64,000 bases of DNA from Octopus vulgaris (Eukaryota): the NCBI GenBank assembly GCA_951406725.2, contig OX597814.1, positions 32,674,001-32,738,000 on the forward strand, in the 5' to 3' direction. Below are positions 52,791-64,000 of this stretch, in pieces (position 1 is the stretch's first letter; the number at the start of each line of letters is the position of its first letter). The notes under the pieces were generated by a model. The model saw only the letters and a list, made by a program, of their open reading frames with translations, made no database searches and was not told where the DNA came from. Both the position numbers and the translations under genes were made by a program.

Positions 52791-54277
52791 CAGCAGCCAC
52801 CAAGCAACTAAAAGCCTCGAAAGCATTTGGTCCCGACAACATTCCGGCTGTGATTTGGAAGGATGATAGATTTCACACACTTTTGCTTAACCTCTGCAAC
52901 CACACACTTTCCACCTTTGTCGCTCCAAAGATTTGGCACCAATCTCAAATCATTCCAATACCCAAAAAAGGCGATTTGTCCCTCGTCACCAACTACAGGG
53001 GCATATCTCTAATGTCAATTGCTGCAAAACTGTACAACAAACTGATCCTAAATCGTCTTGTCCTTTTTGTTGAACCTTTGCTCCGAAAGAACCAAAATGG
53101 ATTCAGACATGGGCGCTCAACGCTGAGCCAGATACTATGCCTGCGCAGACTTATTGAAGAATCAAAAGCATTTAATCGCGATCTTGCAATGGTATTTGTA
53201 GACTTTTCTAAAGCGTTCGATTCTGTAGATAGGTACAAGATGTTTGAAATCCTTAAGCTCTATGGGATACCAGACAAAATTATTTCTGCCATCAAGGTCC
53301 TCTACACAGATACGTCTTCAACCATCTTAACCCCTGATGGAGAAACATCATCTTTCTCGATCGAGGCCGGAATACTGCAGGGAGACACACTCGCCCCATT
53401 TCTTTTCATCATTGTTGTTGATTATGTGCTACGTATGTCAGTTGATACCATCTCTGGCAAGGGCTTTGAAATAAAACCAAGAAGAAGTTCCAGACACCCA
53501 GCTGAGTACTTGACAGACACTGACTTTGCTGACGACATCGCTCTTATCAGTGATTCTCTCTCCAATGCCCAGTCTCTTTTACAATCTCTTGAACAAGCCT
53601 CAAATTGTGTAGGTCTTTACCTCAATGAGACCAAAACTGAATACATAAACAAGTGCCTGTCCAACAGTGATTGCATCATCCACACTCTCAACAGTGCACC
53701 TTTAAATATGGTTTCTGATTATAAATATCTTGGATCATACATATCATCATCTGGAAAAGACTTTCTAACTAGAAAGGGTATGGCCTGGTCAGCCTGTAAT
53801 GACATGCATAAGATCTGGTCATCAAATCTAAGTAGAGACTTCAAACTTGAAATATTCAAAGCCACAGTCGAACCAATCCTACTATATGGCTCAGAAACCT
53901 GGACGTTATCAAAGAAGCTTGAGAGGCGGTTGGATGGAACCTACACTCGCCTCCTTATGAGAGCTCAAAATCTCTCGTGGAGGCGCCATCCAACTAAAAT
54001 GCAAATATATGGGAAATTACCACCTGTGTCATCTCTTGTGAAAGGTAGGAGAGTCCAGTTTGCTGGACATTGTTGTAGAGCTGAAAAAGAAGTAATTTCT
54101 ACTCTTCTCCTCTGGAAGCCATCTACTCGCAACACCAGAGGGCGCACACTCTCCTACCCTGATGTAATCTCCAGGGATACAGGCATGCAGCAACAGGAGC
54201 TCCGTAATGCTATGATGGACCGTGAAGTCTGGCGCAACATGGTAAATTCCATTGTCTCGACCACGGTCGAACAATGA
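52772..54277 (+). CDS. LINE ORF 3' part: reverse transcriptase
   Basis: KAFGPDNIP, PIPKKGD..NYRGISL, QNGFR.GRST, FVDFSKAFDSV, GILQGDTLAPFLF, FADD, YKYLGS, LLYGSETW. The frame is open upstream of the annotated 52850 start. Confidence 0.95.
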   Translation, partial: FTIFELTAATKQLKASKAFGPDNIPAVIWKDDRFHTLLLNLCNHTLSTFVAPKIWHQSQIIPIPKKGDLSLVTNYRGISLMSIAAKLYNKLILNRLVLFVEPLLRKNQNGFRHGRSTLSQILCLRRLIEESKAFNRDLAMVFVDFSKAFDSVDRYKMFEILKLYGIPDKIISAIKVLYTDTSSTILTPDGETSSFSIEAGILQGDTLAPFLFIIVVDYVLRMSVDTISGKGFEIKPRRSSRHPAEYLTDTDFADDIALISDSLSNAQSLLQSLEQASNCVGLYLNETKTEYINKCLSNSDCIIHTLNSAPLNMVSDYKYLGSYISSSGKDFLTRKGMAWSACNDMHKIWSSNLSRDFKLEIFKATVEPILLYGSETWTLSKKLERRLDGTYTRLLMRAQNLSWRRHPTKMQIYGKLPPVSSLVKGRRVQFAGHCCRAEKEVISTLLLWKPSTRNTRGRTLSYPDVISRDTGMQQQELRNAMMDREVWRNMVNSIVSTTVEQ

Positions 54278-54937
54278 TGATGATGATTACATGATATTAT
54301 ATCATTCTAGAAGTCATTTGTGGTAGAGATGCCAGGCTCTTGATTATAAAATCATGGATTCGATTGCAGGACTTGATGGCGTGTTTAATTCGTTAGAAAA
54401 GCACTTAATTTCATATAACTCCAGTCTTTTCGGCTGTAATGCGTAGTAGCTGAGTACTGATACGGCTTTCGGTCCTGTAGTCACAATCTGGTTGCCCGAC
54501 TGAGTTCAGGTTAAGGAAACCGTGAGAGTGTCTACGCCTGTTAGACATTGCCTAAAACAATTAGAAAATGCAGCGTGGATTCTATGAAATCTTGCTCGCG
54601 AGTGACGTAAAGGATGCAAGATATAGACTTTGCGACCTAATGTCTCTTAATACCACTATACAAAACTGTAATCTAATATCCCAGTGCACAATGACAAAAC
54701 AGCAATAACTGAGACATGAGAAGGGATGTATTTTTTCTTTCTTATTGCCTTGAAACGTTTATTTACCCTACATTATTCATTGAAAAACTTTGACGATTGA
54801 ATTTATTTCGTAGAAGAACATTTATATATTTTTACATTGGAAAACCCTACAAGCCAATGGTGGGGGCATCTCCTCACTCACTCAACTTGCTAGAAACAAC
54901 AGCCCAATCTTTCTTTCCCTTTCTCGCTTTCTCCCCC

Positions 54938-55001
<64 letters not shown>

Positions 55002-55501
55002 TCTCTGAAATAATAGTTATACCGTGTTAAACAAAGACGGGATTCATTGGATAATGTACTTCGATATACAGTTTATCAGGCAAACGCCAGGATGGCTTTG
55101 CCGGGAATGTTTTTGATCATAGGTCTGCTTGAGCATAACTGACTTGGTGGTAAGCTATAACAATAGCAATTACAACATCAGGGACTCTATTGGTAGTTAG
55201 GTTGACTGTAGCATCTGAGAATTCTGTCTGTTAATCACAGAATTACTAAAACACAACCATAAAAAACTACTGATCACTCGGCTGGCTGCTTGCAGTCTAT
55301 AGCATTCTGCTATTTTATGCGGGAAGTAAATAACGAGGAAAATAGACCGCCAAAAACAACGGCAACAAATACACTAAGTCTCCAAGAAAAGGATGAGTTA
55401 GCAAAGGACAATTCGCTCTCCGTCAGTTTGACAAACAGATAAACAGATAAGATATCTGAGAAAGGAGGAAAATGTGGGGGATTTTAAAGCAATATATACA
55501 T

Positions 55502-55929
55502 GGCGCAGGAGTGGCTGTGTGGTAAGTAGCTTGCTAACCAACCACATGGTTCCGGGTTCAGTCCCACTGCGTGGCATCTTGGGCAGGTGTCTTCTGCTAT
55601 AGCCCCGGGCCGACCAATGCCTTGTGAGTGGATTTGGTAGACGGAAACTGAAAGAAGCCTGTCGTATATATGTATATATATATGTATATATGTATGTGTG
55701 TGTGTGTTTGTGTGTCTGTGTTTGTCCCCCTAGCATTGCTTGACAACCGATGCTGGTGTGTTTACGTCCCCGTCACTTAGCGGTTCGGCAAAAACAGACC
55801 GATAGAATAAGTACTGGGCTTACAAAAAGAATAAGTCCCGGGGTCGATTTGCTCGACTAAAGGCGGTGCTCCAGCATGGCCGCAGTCAAATGACTGAAAC
55901 AAGTAAAAGAGTAAAAGAGTAAAAGAGTA
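55502..55929 (+). mobile_element. Family-B SINE, full length, young
   Basis: Intact head and (gtaaaaga)3 tail. Confidence 0.93.
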
Positions 55930-56435
55930 AGAGAAACAATGGCGGACTTATATGGTCACTTATGGCAGAAAAGGACGTAATGACAAATAAGTATGTATAA
56001 ATGGTTGTGTGGGAGAGTGTTCGTCATTACGTGTGTGTGTGAGTGGGAGATAAATGCTTAGATATCAGTGAGGCAAGGGGTAATAATTAATATATTAATG
56101 CATATATCCCGTGCATGCATGTGAGCAAGGGTGTGTGTTATTGATATAACAACATGTGTTATTTTCTATGAGTGCGTGGAAGATATGAATGTACGTTCAT
56201 CAATGTGTGTGGGGGGGAGGGAGAGTTAGAAATAAGTTATTTATTATCGACACCCACAAATGGGAGGTTCTCGAAGCAGATAATCAGTTATTCTTCCCGG
56301 TGAAGACGGATGTCAGAGGTGACGTGGTGTTATACATGACGACACTCGCCAAAGCTGCCGGTGGAAATTGATTGGAGAATGGAAATGGCGATTAACGGGT
56401 TCTATAGTACCTCATATTCAGCAGTATGTCTATAT

Positions 56436-56515
<80 letters not shown>

Positions 56516-56600
56516 GTATATACATATACATATATATATATATATATATGTATGTATATTCTTTTATTCTTTTACATGTTTCAGTCATTTCACTGTGGCC

Positions 56601-56855
56601 ATTCATTTCAAATTAGGTGTGATGGTCATTTTCCTTCACACGAATTGTCTGACTATGAATATTACATAATCCCATTTAACGTCCGCTATATGCCGCTAAA
56701 TGCTTAGATAATAGTGAAGCAAGGTAATATGGATACACCCCATGCATGTATGCGTATGAGTGGAGTGGAAGAAAGAGTTAGAAATAGAGTATACGGTATT
56801 GACACCCGCAAATGGTGTGAAGGCAAATGACCGTCACACCTAATTTGAAATGAAT
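56601..56855. repeat. 41-bp inverted repeat (39/41)
   Basis: Arms at 56601-56641 and 56815-56855. Confidence 0.9.
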
Positions 56856-59049
56856 TAGGAACGGGATTCAGAAGACTGCAAACGGTCACGTGACGCAAAA
56901 TAATATCCTACAGAGAATACAAGATATATAGTATCGATCACAATTGACCATCTCAAAATCTCCTGATTAGTGTTTCACTCTCGAGTGTAATCAATCATAA
57001 AAAAGGTAATTAAAATAGCTTTGACCAGGGAGAAATTGCGGTAAGCTCTGTCCTTGAATGAGCCATTTCGTTTTATTTTTTTACCCGAAATTGCAAACCA
57101 TTATCAATAACAAAAATTAGAATGGACTGCATTAGATTGATTTCCGAAGGTATGTTATTTGGTGGTCCATTTGACGATATGGGATTAGAGAAGCTTTCAC
57201 TATTTGTTGGGTAGAGGCAAACTCTGAGAGAACTGAATCTGTGATCGAGTTTAAATCTTCTTCGCTGCCATTCATTGCTAATGTATTTGTGAAAGATATG
57301 CATATCATCTTTCAATAGTTTTCGTTTCCGCTGGAAATCGGAAGCGTTGTTTTATCTTTGTAAGCATTTTTTCATGACATAATATTAATGATAGATCATT
57401 CTTGATATACACTTTCTAACCTTCACAACCAAGAAAAAATGCAAAACGCAAAATCTAGTTATACACAATAATATTGATATTAGTTTGTAGTTTGGCGATT
57501 TTCTAACAACGCAGCGAACAGTATAGAAGAAATATCCGCAGGTGTTCAATTCATACTTTTTCATGATGAGAAGCAGAATCAGGAAATCATTTTAAGTATA
57601 AAAGAGACGACGAATAGCTATTCTTTGTTGTAAGGAAGTGAGTTGTAGCAAGCGGCATTATCACAGAGCATTTTCTTGTTACGATCGGCATTCCCTTAGG
57701 TTAGTTGGGCAATGTTCTTTGATCTGAATTAATGACAGTTCCACTGATTTTAAGGCCTTCCAGTTGTTGTTAAATCTATCTAAACGTTCGGTTGGGAATT
57801 CACTGTATAGATTGCAGGTCATTATATCAAACTCAGCAGCTCATTGATAAATTCCCGGATATATCTTTACCTTAAAGTCCAAGTTTCAAATTCTGATTAA
57901 TGTTATATTGATTCGATACTTCAATTCCAAAATAAGATTATTGATTTCCTGTAATAGAATAACAAAGTTACGGATATACAGAAACTTTTAAAATGCAGTG
58001 ATGTCATGACGTTCATGCGTTAACAAAACAATCTAGATATTAAAATAAAATGCTATTTTCAGTAACTGAGAATTAAAACAGGATCATCTATTTGGTTCTC
58101 CAGGAGCTTTTAATTAATCGGTTGTTTCTATCTTATAACAGAAGAATAAAGAAAGTGTATAAACGAATGACTAATGCCAAATATTTGACATTTTCCTTTT
58201 TATAGAAATCTTGAGCCGTCACTCGCAAGCAAGTGTTATTCGTAGCATGTATCATGCTTTCGTTAATTGTTTCAAGGTGCATCGGGCCTTGTGCCTAGAG
58301 TAGAAAAGAATTGTTTCAAGGTGCTTAAGTAGTCATGAACAGTCAGGAATATCCTCACCGCCTTCCCACTTTTGACTCGTTAAAACATCGAAAGGTAATG
58401 TCAGAAGAGAGAGAAGGCAGCACCAGCACTCAACTGGTACTCATTTCAGCTATGTAAACTGGATCAACGTGAAATAAAAGGCCTTTCTCAAGGACATGAT
58501 ACAGTGCTCGACGTAGACTTTGAACCGTCAACCTTAAAATCGTCATCTCAGTTCTGTAACCACAAGAACACACTACACACAAGCCTTTTTATATTATCGG
58601 CGAGAAAATTGAATAAAATACAGTCAATACTAAATCAGTGCAGGACCGGGTATACTATTCGATTTCGACTCTACGCGTATTTATCTTTCGCTATCACTCA
58701 GAATCATTTCCATCGTCATAATTGAACTAATCATTTTATGCTTCCTTCTCACAGTAACGGTCATACCGTGAAACTGATGTAATTTATTTGATATACGTCC
58801 TACAAATATAGCCTCTTGAATCCAATATTTCTCTAATATTTGTACATACCCAGTACCTTTTCTTGATGAAGGATCAGTCGGATGAATTGTTAATAATACA
58901 TGAGCACTACTTATTTTATTGACCCTATGAATTCAAAGATAGTGTCGGCACTCTATGTGGCGTTAGATTGGTGTTATGCTCTTTAATTAAGCAGTAGTTT
59001 TGATGTATCAAAGTATTGTATTGAGAAGAGCTCTGGATTTCTCTGTTTA

Positions 59050-59260
59050 CCCCATTCTTCTAATACTTTTTTGTGTTCTTTGAGATGGTTCCGACTCCGT
59101 CACACTCCGTGAATATGCTCCATTCCAAATGCCATGCCTTGGTACCTTTAGCCTTTCTCATTTTCTGTTTTCACAATGTTCCGATCAGCAGATACCGCTA
59201 TGTCGAATAAGATCCATTCTTTGGTCTCTTCCCAGAAGAAAGTGATATTTTGACGAATAT
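59050..59260 (-). pseudogene. Decayed restriction-like endonuclease domain of an R4/Dong-like element
   Basis: EWILFDIAVSADRNIVKTENEK..RYQ..A followed by GTISKN, matching R4-type IDIAVP.D.NI..KE.EK..KYQDL...GTISK. Abuts a trinucleotide array. Confidence 0.7.
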
Positions 59261-59281
59261 GTTGCAGCTTATCGTTGTTGT

Positions 59282-59338
<57 letters not shown>

Positions 59339-59348
59339 AACAACAACA

Positions 59349-59391
<43 letters not shown>

Positions 59392-61489
59392 ACTGACTGA
59401 CTGAGCTGCAGTCCTGGGTGAAGCTGAAATTTAGGTTGAAATACTGTCAGGAACTCACAAAAGTCGGGCAGTGAAGTTGCTGGAAGCACAACTTTGGCCT
59501 TTTACAGGAAATTGACTGTACCCTTCTTAAGTTTAGGGATTGTGTTTACCTGGGAAATTACTATCGGTAGATGGGGAGCGTCGATTTAGAAAGACAGAAT
59601 ATGTATAGAAGCGAAAACAACTATCTGCGTTCAAATCCAAACGAGAACAATTCTGCTATTTCTTTCTCGCACATTCAAAAGATCAACAATTCTTAGTGTG
59701 CTGTAAAAGATATGGATTCGTATTCGTAGCTGATTGGTGATTATCCATAACCCTGTGGAGTGTTTTTACGTACCTTATCTATAACGAAGAGTTTTCTCCA
59801 AATATAGTATCTGTATCGAAGATCTTTCCAAATTTGGGTGTGTACGAACTGTACTTACCTATAAATATAAAGTACAAAATAACTGTACTTCCCTATAAAT
59901 ACTCATTCGTTTTTAAGCACCAGCTGACCGAAAAGATCCGTGGTCGATATTTTTCTCTAAGTAATTTCTCCTTAAATTAAGACACCAGTGTGTGATATTG
60001 AAGGCCATTAGCTGCTACTTCTAGCATATTGAACGACCGAGAATCATCAGTTAATCGCCTGATTATATGCCTTGCGCTACTTAATTACCCACTCTCCCAC
60101 TTACGCTCGGTATTCGAAACCCGCTATTGTTGATTTTAACTTACTTCCCTCTGGGAACCAATAATACCAGTCATGTATTATAGTCGATTAAATCGATTAT
60201 AGCCCCCCTCTCTCCCTCCCCTCTCCCCCCTCTCTCTCAGTATTTTTGGTTGTCTGTGTATGTTAGAAATCATAATATTTATTATTATTGTAAAGAAAGG
60301 TGACACATAGTTTGGGGATAGTATTGTTGAAAGTCAATGGCATGAATAACTTTCTCATGAGGTTTTATGAACAATGCAACACTTTTACCTTTTTTAAAGA
60401 ATTTTATCATTAATCAATATAAGCTGTAAGAAGAATAATCAAGAATATTTAAATTAGTTCCATAACGTCTTTTGGGCTTTGTCTCATGATATGAGTGTTT
60501 AGTAACTGATCTTCCTTTTTTACTACTCAGGGAGAAAAGAAATGTGTCTATGATACTCTGATGGTTTTAGAAGCTTCTGTGTCTAATGGGATTAAGAATA
60601 CTCCATTAGAAACGGTGGAAACAACAATTAAAGTGCTATGTTATTGTCCTCACCCGGACCAGTAGCATTTGAAGGAATACTGAGTGATCTATACTACTAA
60701 ACCAATAAACCCAACATACAGTCATGAATTTGCCACAAATCAGTAACCAGCTTATGATCAAATAATGACCTCTGTTTAGCAAAAATGAATTGAGAAGTTC
60801 AAATTTATGGAAAAATGCCCAAGCAAAAAAGTTGCAGTTTTCCAGATTTGATTATAGACACCAAATGCTGAGGGACCAGATCTAAAAAAAAACTGTTGCT
60901 AAAGGAAATGCACCGTGAGAAACCTAACAGCAGTTTGATAAAATAAATTAACAATACCACGGCACCATAGTTCGAGCCATCGGTTAGACGCTCTCATATT
61001 CTGAGTCAACATTAGTTTTCAATAACAATATGACGTTCCTAAATTTTCACAAACTGTCCAACTCTGATGCAGACTAAGAGGGCACAGCCATATTTCTCCA
61101 ACATAAACTCCCCTTTATTGTCAGCATGATCAACTCTGAGACATTGGTTATTACTAAGAAGAATAAACCATTGCATGAGATGATCGTATGCATAGCATTT
61201 GACAGTTCCACTCTTCACTTTCAAGAAAGATTCAAATAGAAATGACAAGAGCATGAAAGACTGTATGGGAACAACACAACGTTTTTGCTACTAGTATAAG
61301 GTTTCGGAACCATCCTGTGTCTGCTTTGGTCTGCTGCCGTACATCCTAGCTAGATAGAAGAGGAGTAATAGTATCAAATATTCATGTGCATACAAATATT
61401 CCAAATTAGTTAAATAGGGCTACAGAATTGTTTACTGCAAATAGAAGATAAGTTACCACCAGAACGAAATAGCAGCCCATAATACAATA

Positions 61490-62120
61490 ACAGAAATCAA
61501 ATGGCTAAAATATCAGGTAACACTAATCTATACACTGTGCTTAGAGTTACACTACACATAATGCCCATCACTTTTTATGGTAGGCTTAAAAACACGAGTA
61601 GCACTGCTATATGTGACTCTGTAAGCGCTGCCTATACAGATACAGCAATGGAAGTGCTCCCAAAAGAAGAGAAAACTGACACTAAGTTTCCCTTTCAATA
61701 AGAAGGTAACAACAGCCGGAGAGAATCTGAAGAAAGCAGTGCAGAAACGCCATTCTAAGACAAATAGAAATCGTGTTACAGCTAAAGACGCAGCTGATGA
61801 ACGGTAAAATGACGCTCAAGAAATACAAAAGTCCCAAACTGATTAACTCGGCCGTCTCCGCAATAGAAAGAACACTGCAGCAAGGGAAGTTCAGAGATAG
61901 ATGACTTACCGACAAGAAAGCTTCCCCATGTATGTATACTGTAATGGGGAGCCACTGAGCAGAGGCTAGATGCCTGGTTTCAGCATTTCAAATCCTCTAT
62001 TAGTAAAGCAAAGCTACACAACACCAAACTTCACGACAATTCTTCCTATAACCACAAAGTATCAGAGGGTCCACCGAACGAAACTGACCCATTTCTCATA
62101 GAAGAATTTGAAATTTGCCT
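61490..62120 (+). pseudogene. Ancient RTE-like LINE linker fragment
   Basis: GATEQRLDAWFQHFKSSISK (from 61948) aligns with GSAKKRLENWSTHFKNLLGK of the young LINE. Also TAMEVLPK vs VALATLPK and DPFLIEEF vs SPFTIFEL. Confidence 0.65.
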
Positions 62121-62194
62121 GATGGTTTTAAGAAACAATGCAATGACTAGCTAAGTAGAGATATACATATACATATTCACACATATAGGCACCC

Positions 62195-62309
<115 letters not shown>

Positions 62310-62954
62310 TGTAGGAAGTAAATAGACACCTTTAGTTTTCAAAATATTTTATTTGAAATAAAATTATTGAAGGAGAGTTTTCCTTCTAGCTGCTCGTTCA
62401 TAACACCCAAGCTTATGTAGATATGTAACATACCTTCTTGGACTAACTTCTAGCTGTTTTGCAGTGTCAGAAGATTTCGAACGAGGTTCGTTTTCCACAA
62501 TTCACTTCAAACCGCGAAGCTTCATTTCGGAGGGCCCAGGTCGTCCGGGACGAGAATCTGTCTGTTGATTCTTTTTCTTGGCTTTTGAATTGCACTATAG
62601 TTCTATACAGTAGAAAGAGCAATTTTTTGCTGGCTAAGACCAGCCTCAGATTGCCTGACAATACAACCTCGTTGAAAATCTGATAGTTGTGCTGAATTTT
62701 TGGTGCATGACATGATTACTCTTCGCAAATGTTTAATATAATGACACCTAGAAGGAAAAAGAATAATTACATTGTAAATTCTACACCACTGAATACATAT
62801 TAAAATGCTTAGATCAGATATTTTAAAGGTGTATATTTACTTCCTGAATGTCTGTTTACATACATACATAGGGACAGGCAGATAAGCAAACAGATAGACA
62901 GATGCACAAACAGACAGGCAAACAGGCAGACACTCTGACAAACAAATAAATAAA

Positions 62955-62964
62955 TAGATTGATT

Positions 62965-63002
<38 letters not shown>

Positions 63003-63029
63003 AAGATAGAGAGAGAGAGAGAGAGATAA

Positions 63030-63060
<31 letters not shown>

Positions 63061-63095
63061 TAAAGATAGATAGATAGATAGATAGATATAAAGAG

Positions 63096-63183
<88 letters not shown>
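62955..63183. repeat. (GATA)n array
   Basis: Direct inspection. Confidence 0.96.
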
Positions 63184-63184
<1 letters not shown>

Positions 63185-63740
63185 TTAAACACTATTGTTT
63201 ATTAAACATTTTTGCTAGAGCTACACTCAATCTTTCTCCGTCACACGATCGACTATCGTTCAAGTTTTCTTTCTTTCTTATTAGTTATTTACAAGTTGGA
63301 AATATTTTTTAAAAAATATTGTTATACAATGTTTACAAAGCAAAAGTTTCCCGTATTTTCCATTGTACCAGAAGGTTCTGCCTGCAAGCAGAGTGCAAAT
63401 CTGTTCTTTTGTATAATGTAAAATATTTTCCCCCTGGAGATGGAATGAAGAAATGTACACACACACACATACACACACACACACACACTCACACACACTC
63501 TCTCTCTCACGCACAAACACACACACATATGTACACAAACCCACACACACCATACACGCATAAAAACGTTTGCACAAATACACGTAATCTCTTCTATTAT
63601 GTCTGCATATATGTATGTGTATGTGTGTATATACAAACACACACATACGCACATATACAACCCACACACACGCATACACACACATATGCATACATACGTA
63701 TACGTATATAAACTCAACAAAGGCTGCATTTATACATGTT

Positions 63741-63785
<45 letters not shown>

Positions 63786-64000
63786 AATGTATGCACGTAT
63801 ATATACTTCTATACAGATAAAAGTATGTATATGTATATGTATATGTCACACGTGTGTATTCTTGTGTGTGTGTGTGTGTGTGTACAGGAAACGAAATCGT
63901 GTGAAAGTATGTATTTTATTTCAGAAGTCATATTTTCCCCGGGGCAATCGATGCCCTTTGAACGTCCATTGCCTAAAATGGAAATTCAAGAAAATTCAAT

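Larger units (their letters stand above)
51033..54285 (+). mobile_element. RTE-clade LINE, near full length, young
   Basis: Single APE-RT ORF broken once. The stop codon is the first unit of a (TGA)n tail. Perfect TSD attacatgat at 51023-51032 and 54286-54295. Confidence 0.95.

Noticed and set aside
51837-54274. Antisense ORFs within the LINE
   Set aside because: Short shadows of the coding strand with no recognisable motifs.
59853-59875. Minus-strand AG|GTAAGT recursive-splice-like motif
   Set aside because: Part of a short local duplication (variant at ~59881) with a weak pyrimidine tract and no defined host intron.

Overview
AT-rich, microsatellite-saturated eukaryotic DNA. The three tRNA-headed SINE families and the repeat landscape suggest a cephalopod, probably Octopus (inference). 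Almost all ORFs in the supplied track are translations of simple repeats or SINEs. The only long coding sequence is a young RTE-clade LINE (51033-54285) with APE endonuclease and RT domains, one 1-bp frameshift, a (TGA)n tail and a 10-bp TSD. Other mobile DNA includes older RTE, CR1/L2-like and R4/Dong-like relics, two non-autonomous Helitrons, and a TIR element with an 8-bp TSD inserted inside a SINE. Two signals are not in the ORF track. (1) Six very short + strand exon candidates with good splice sites (1643-25839) splice into one open frame ending at a stop that overlaps AATAAA, a candidate micro-exon gene. (2) Several Penelope-type minimal hammerhead ribozyme motifs sit in short inserts within (TA)n arrays. 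No CRISPR array, rRNA or genuine tRNA gene was seen. Family names come from motif recognition by eye, not database searches, and repeat boundaries are approximate unless a TSD is quoted.
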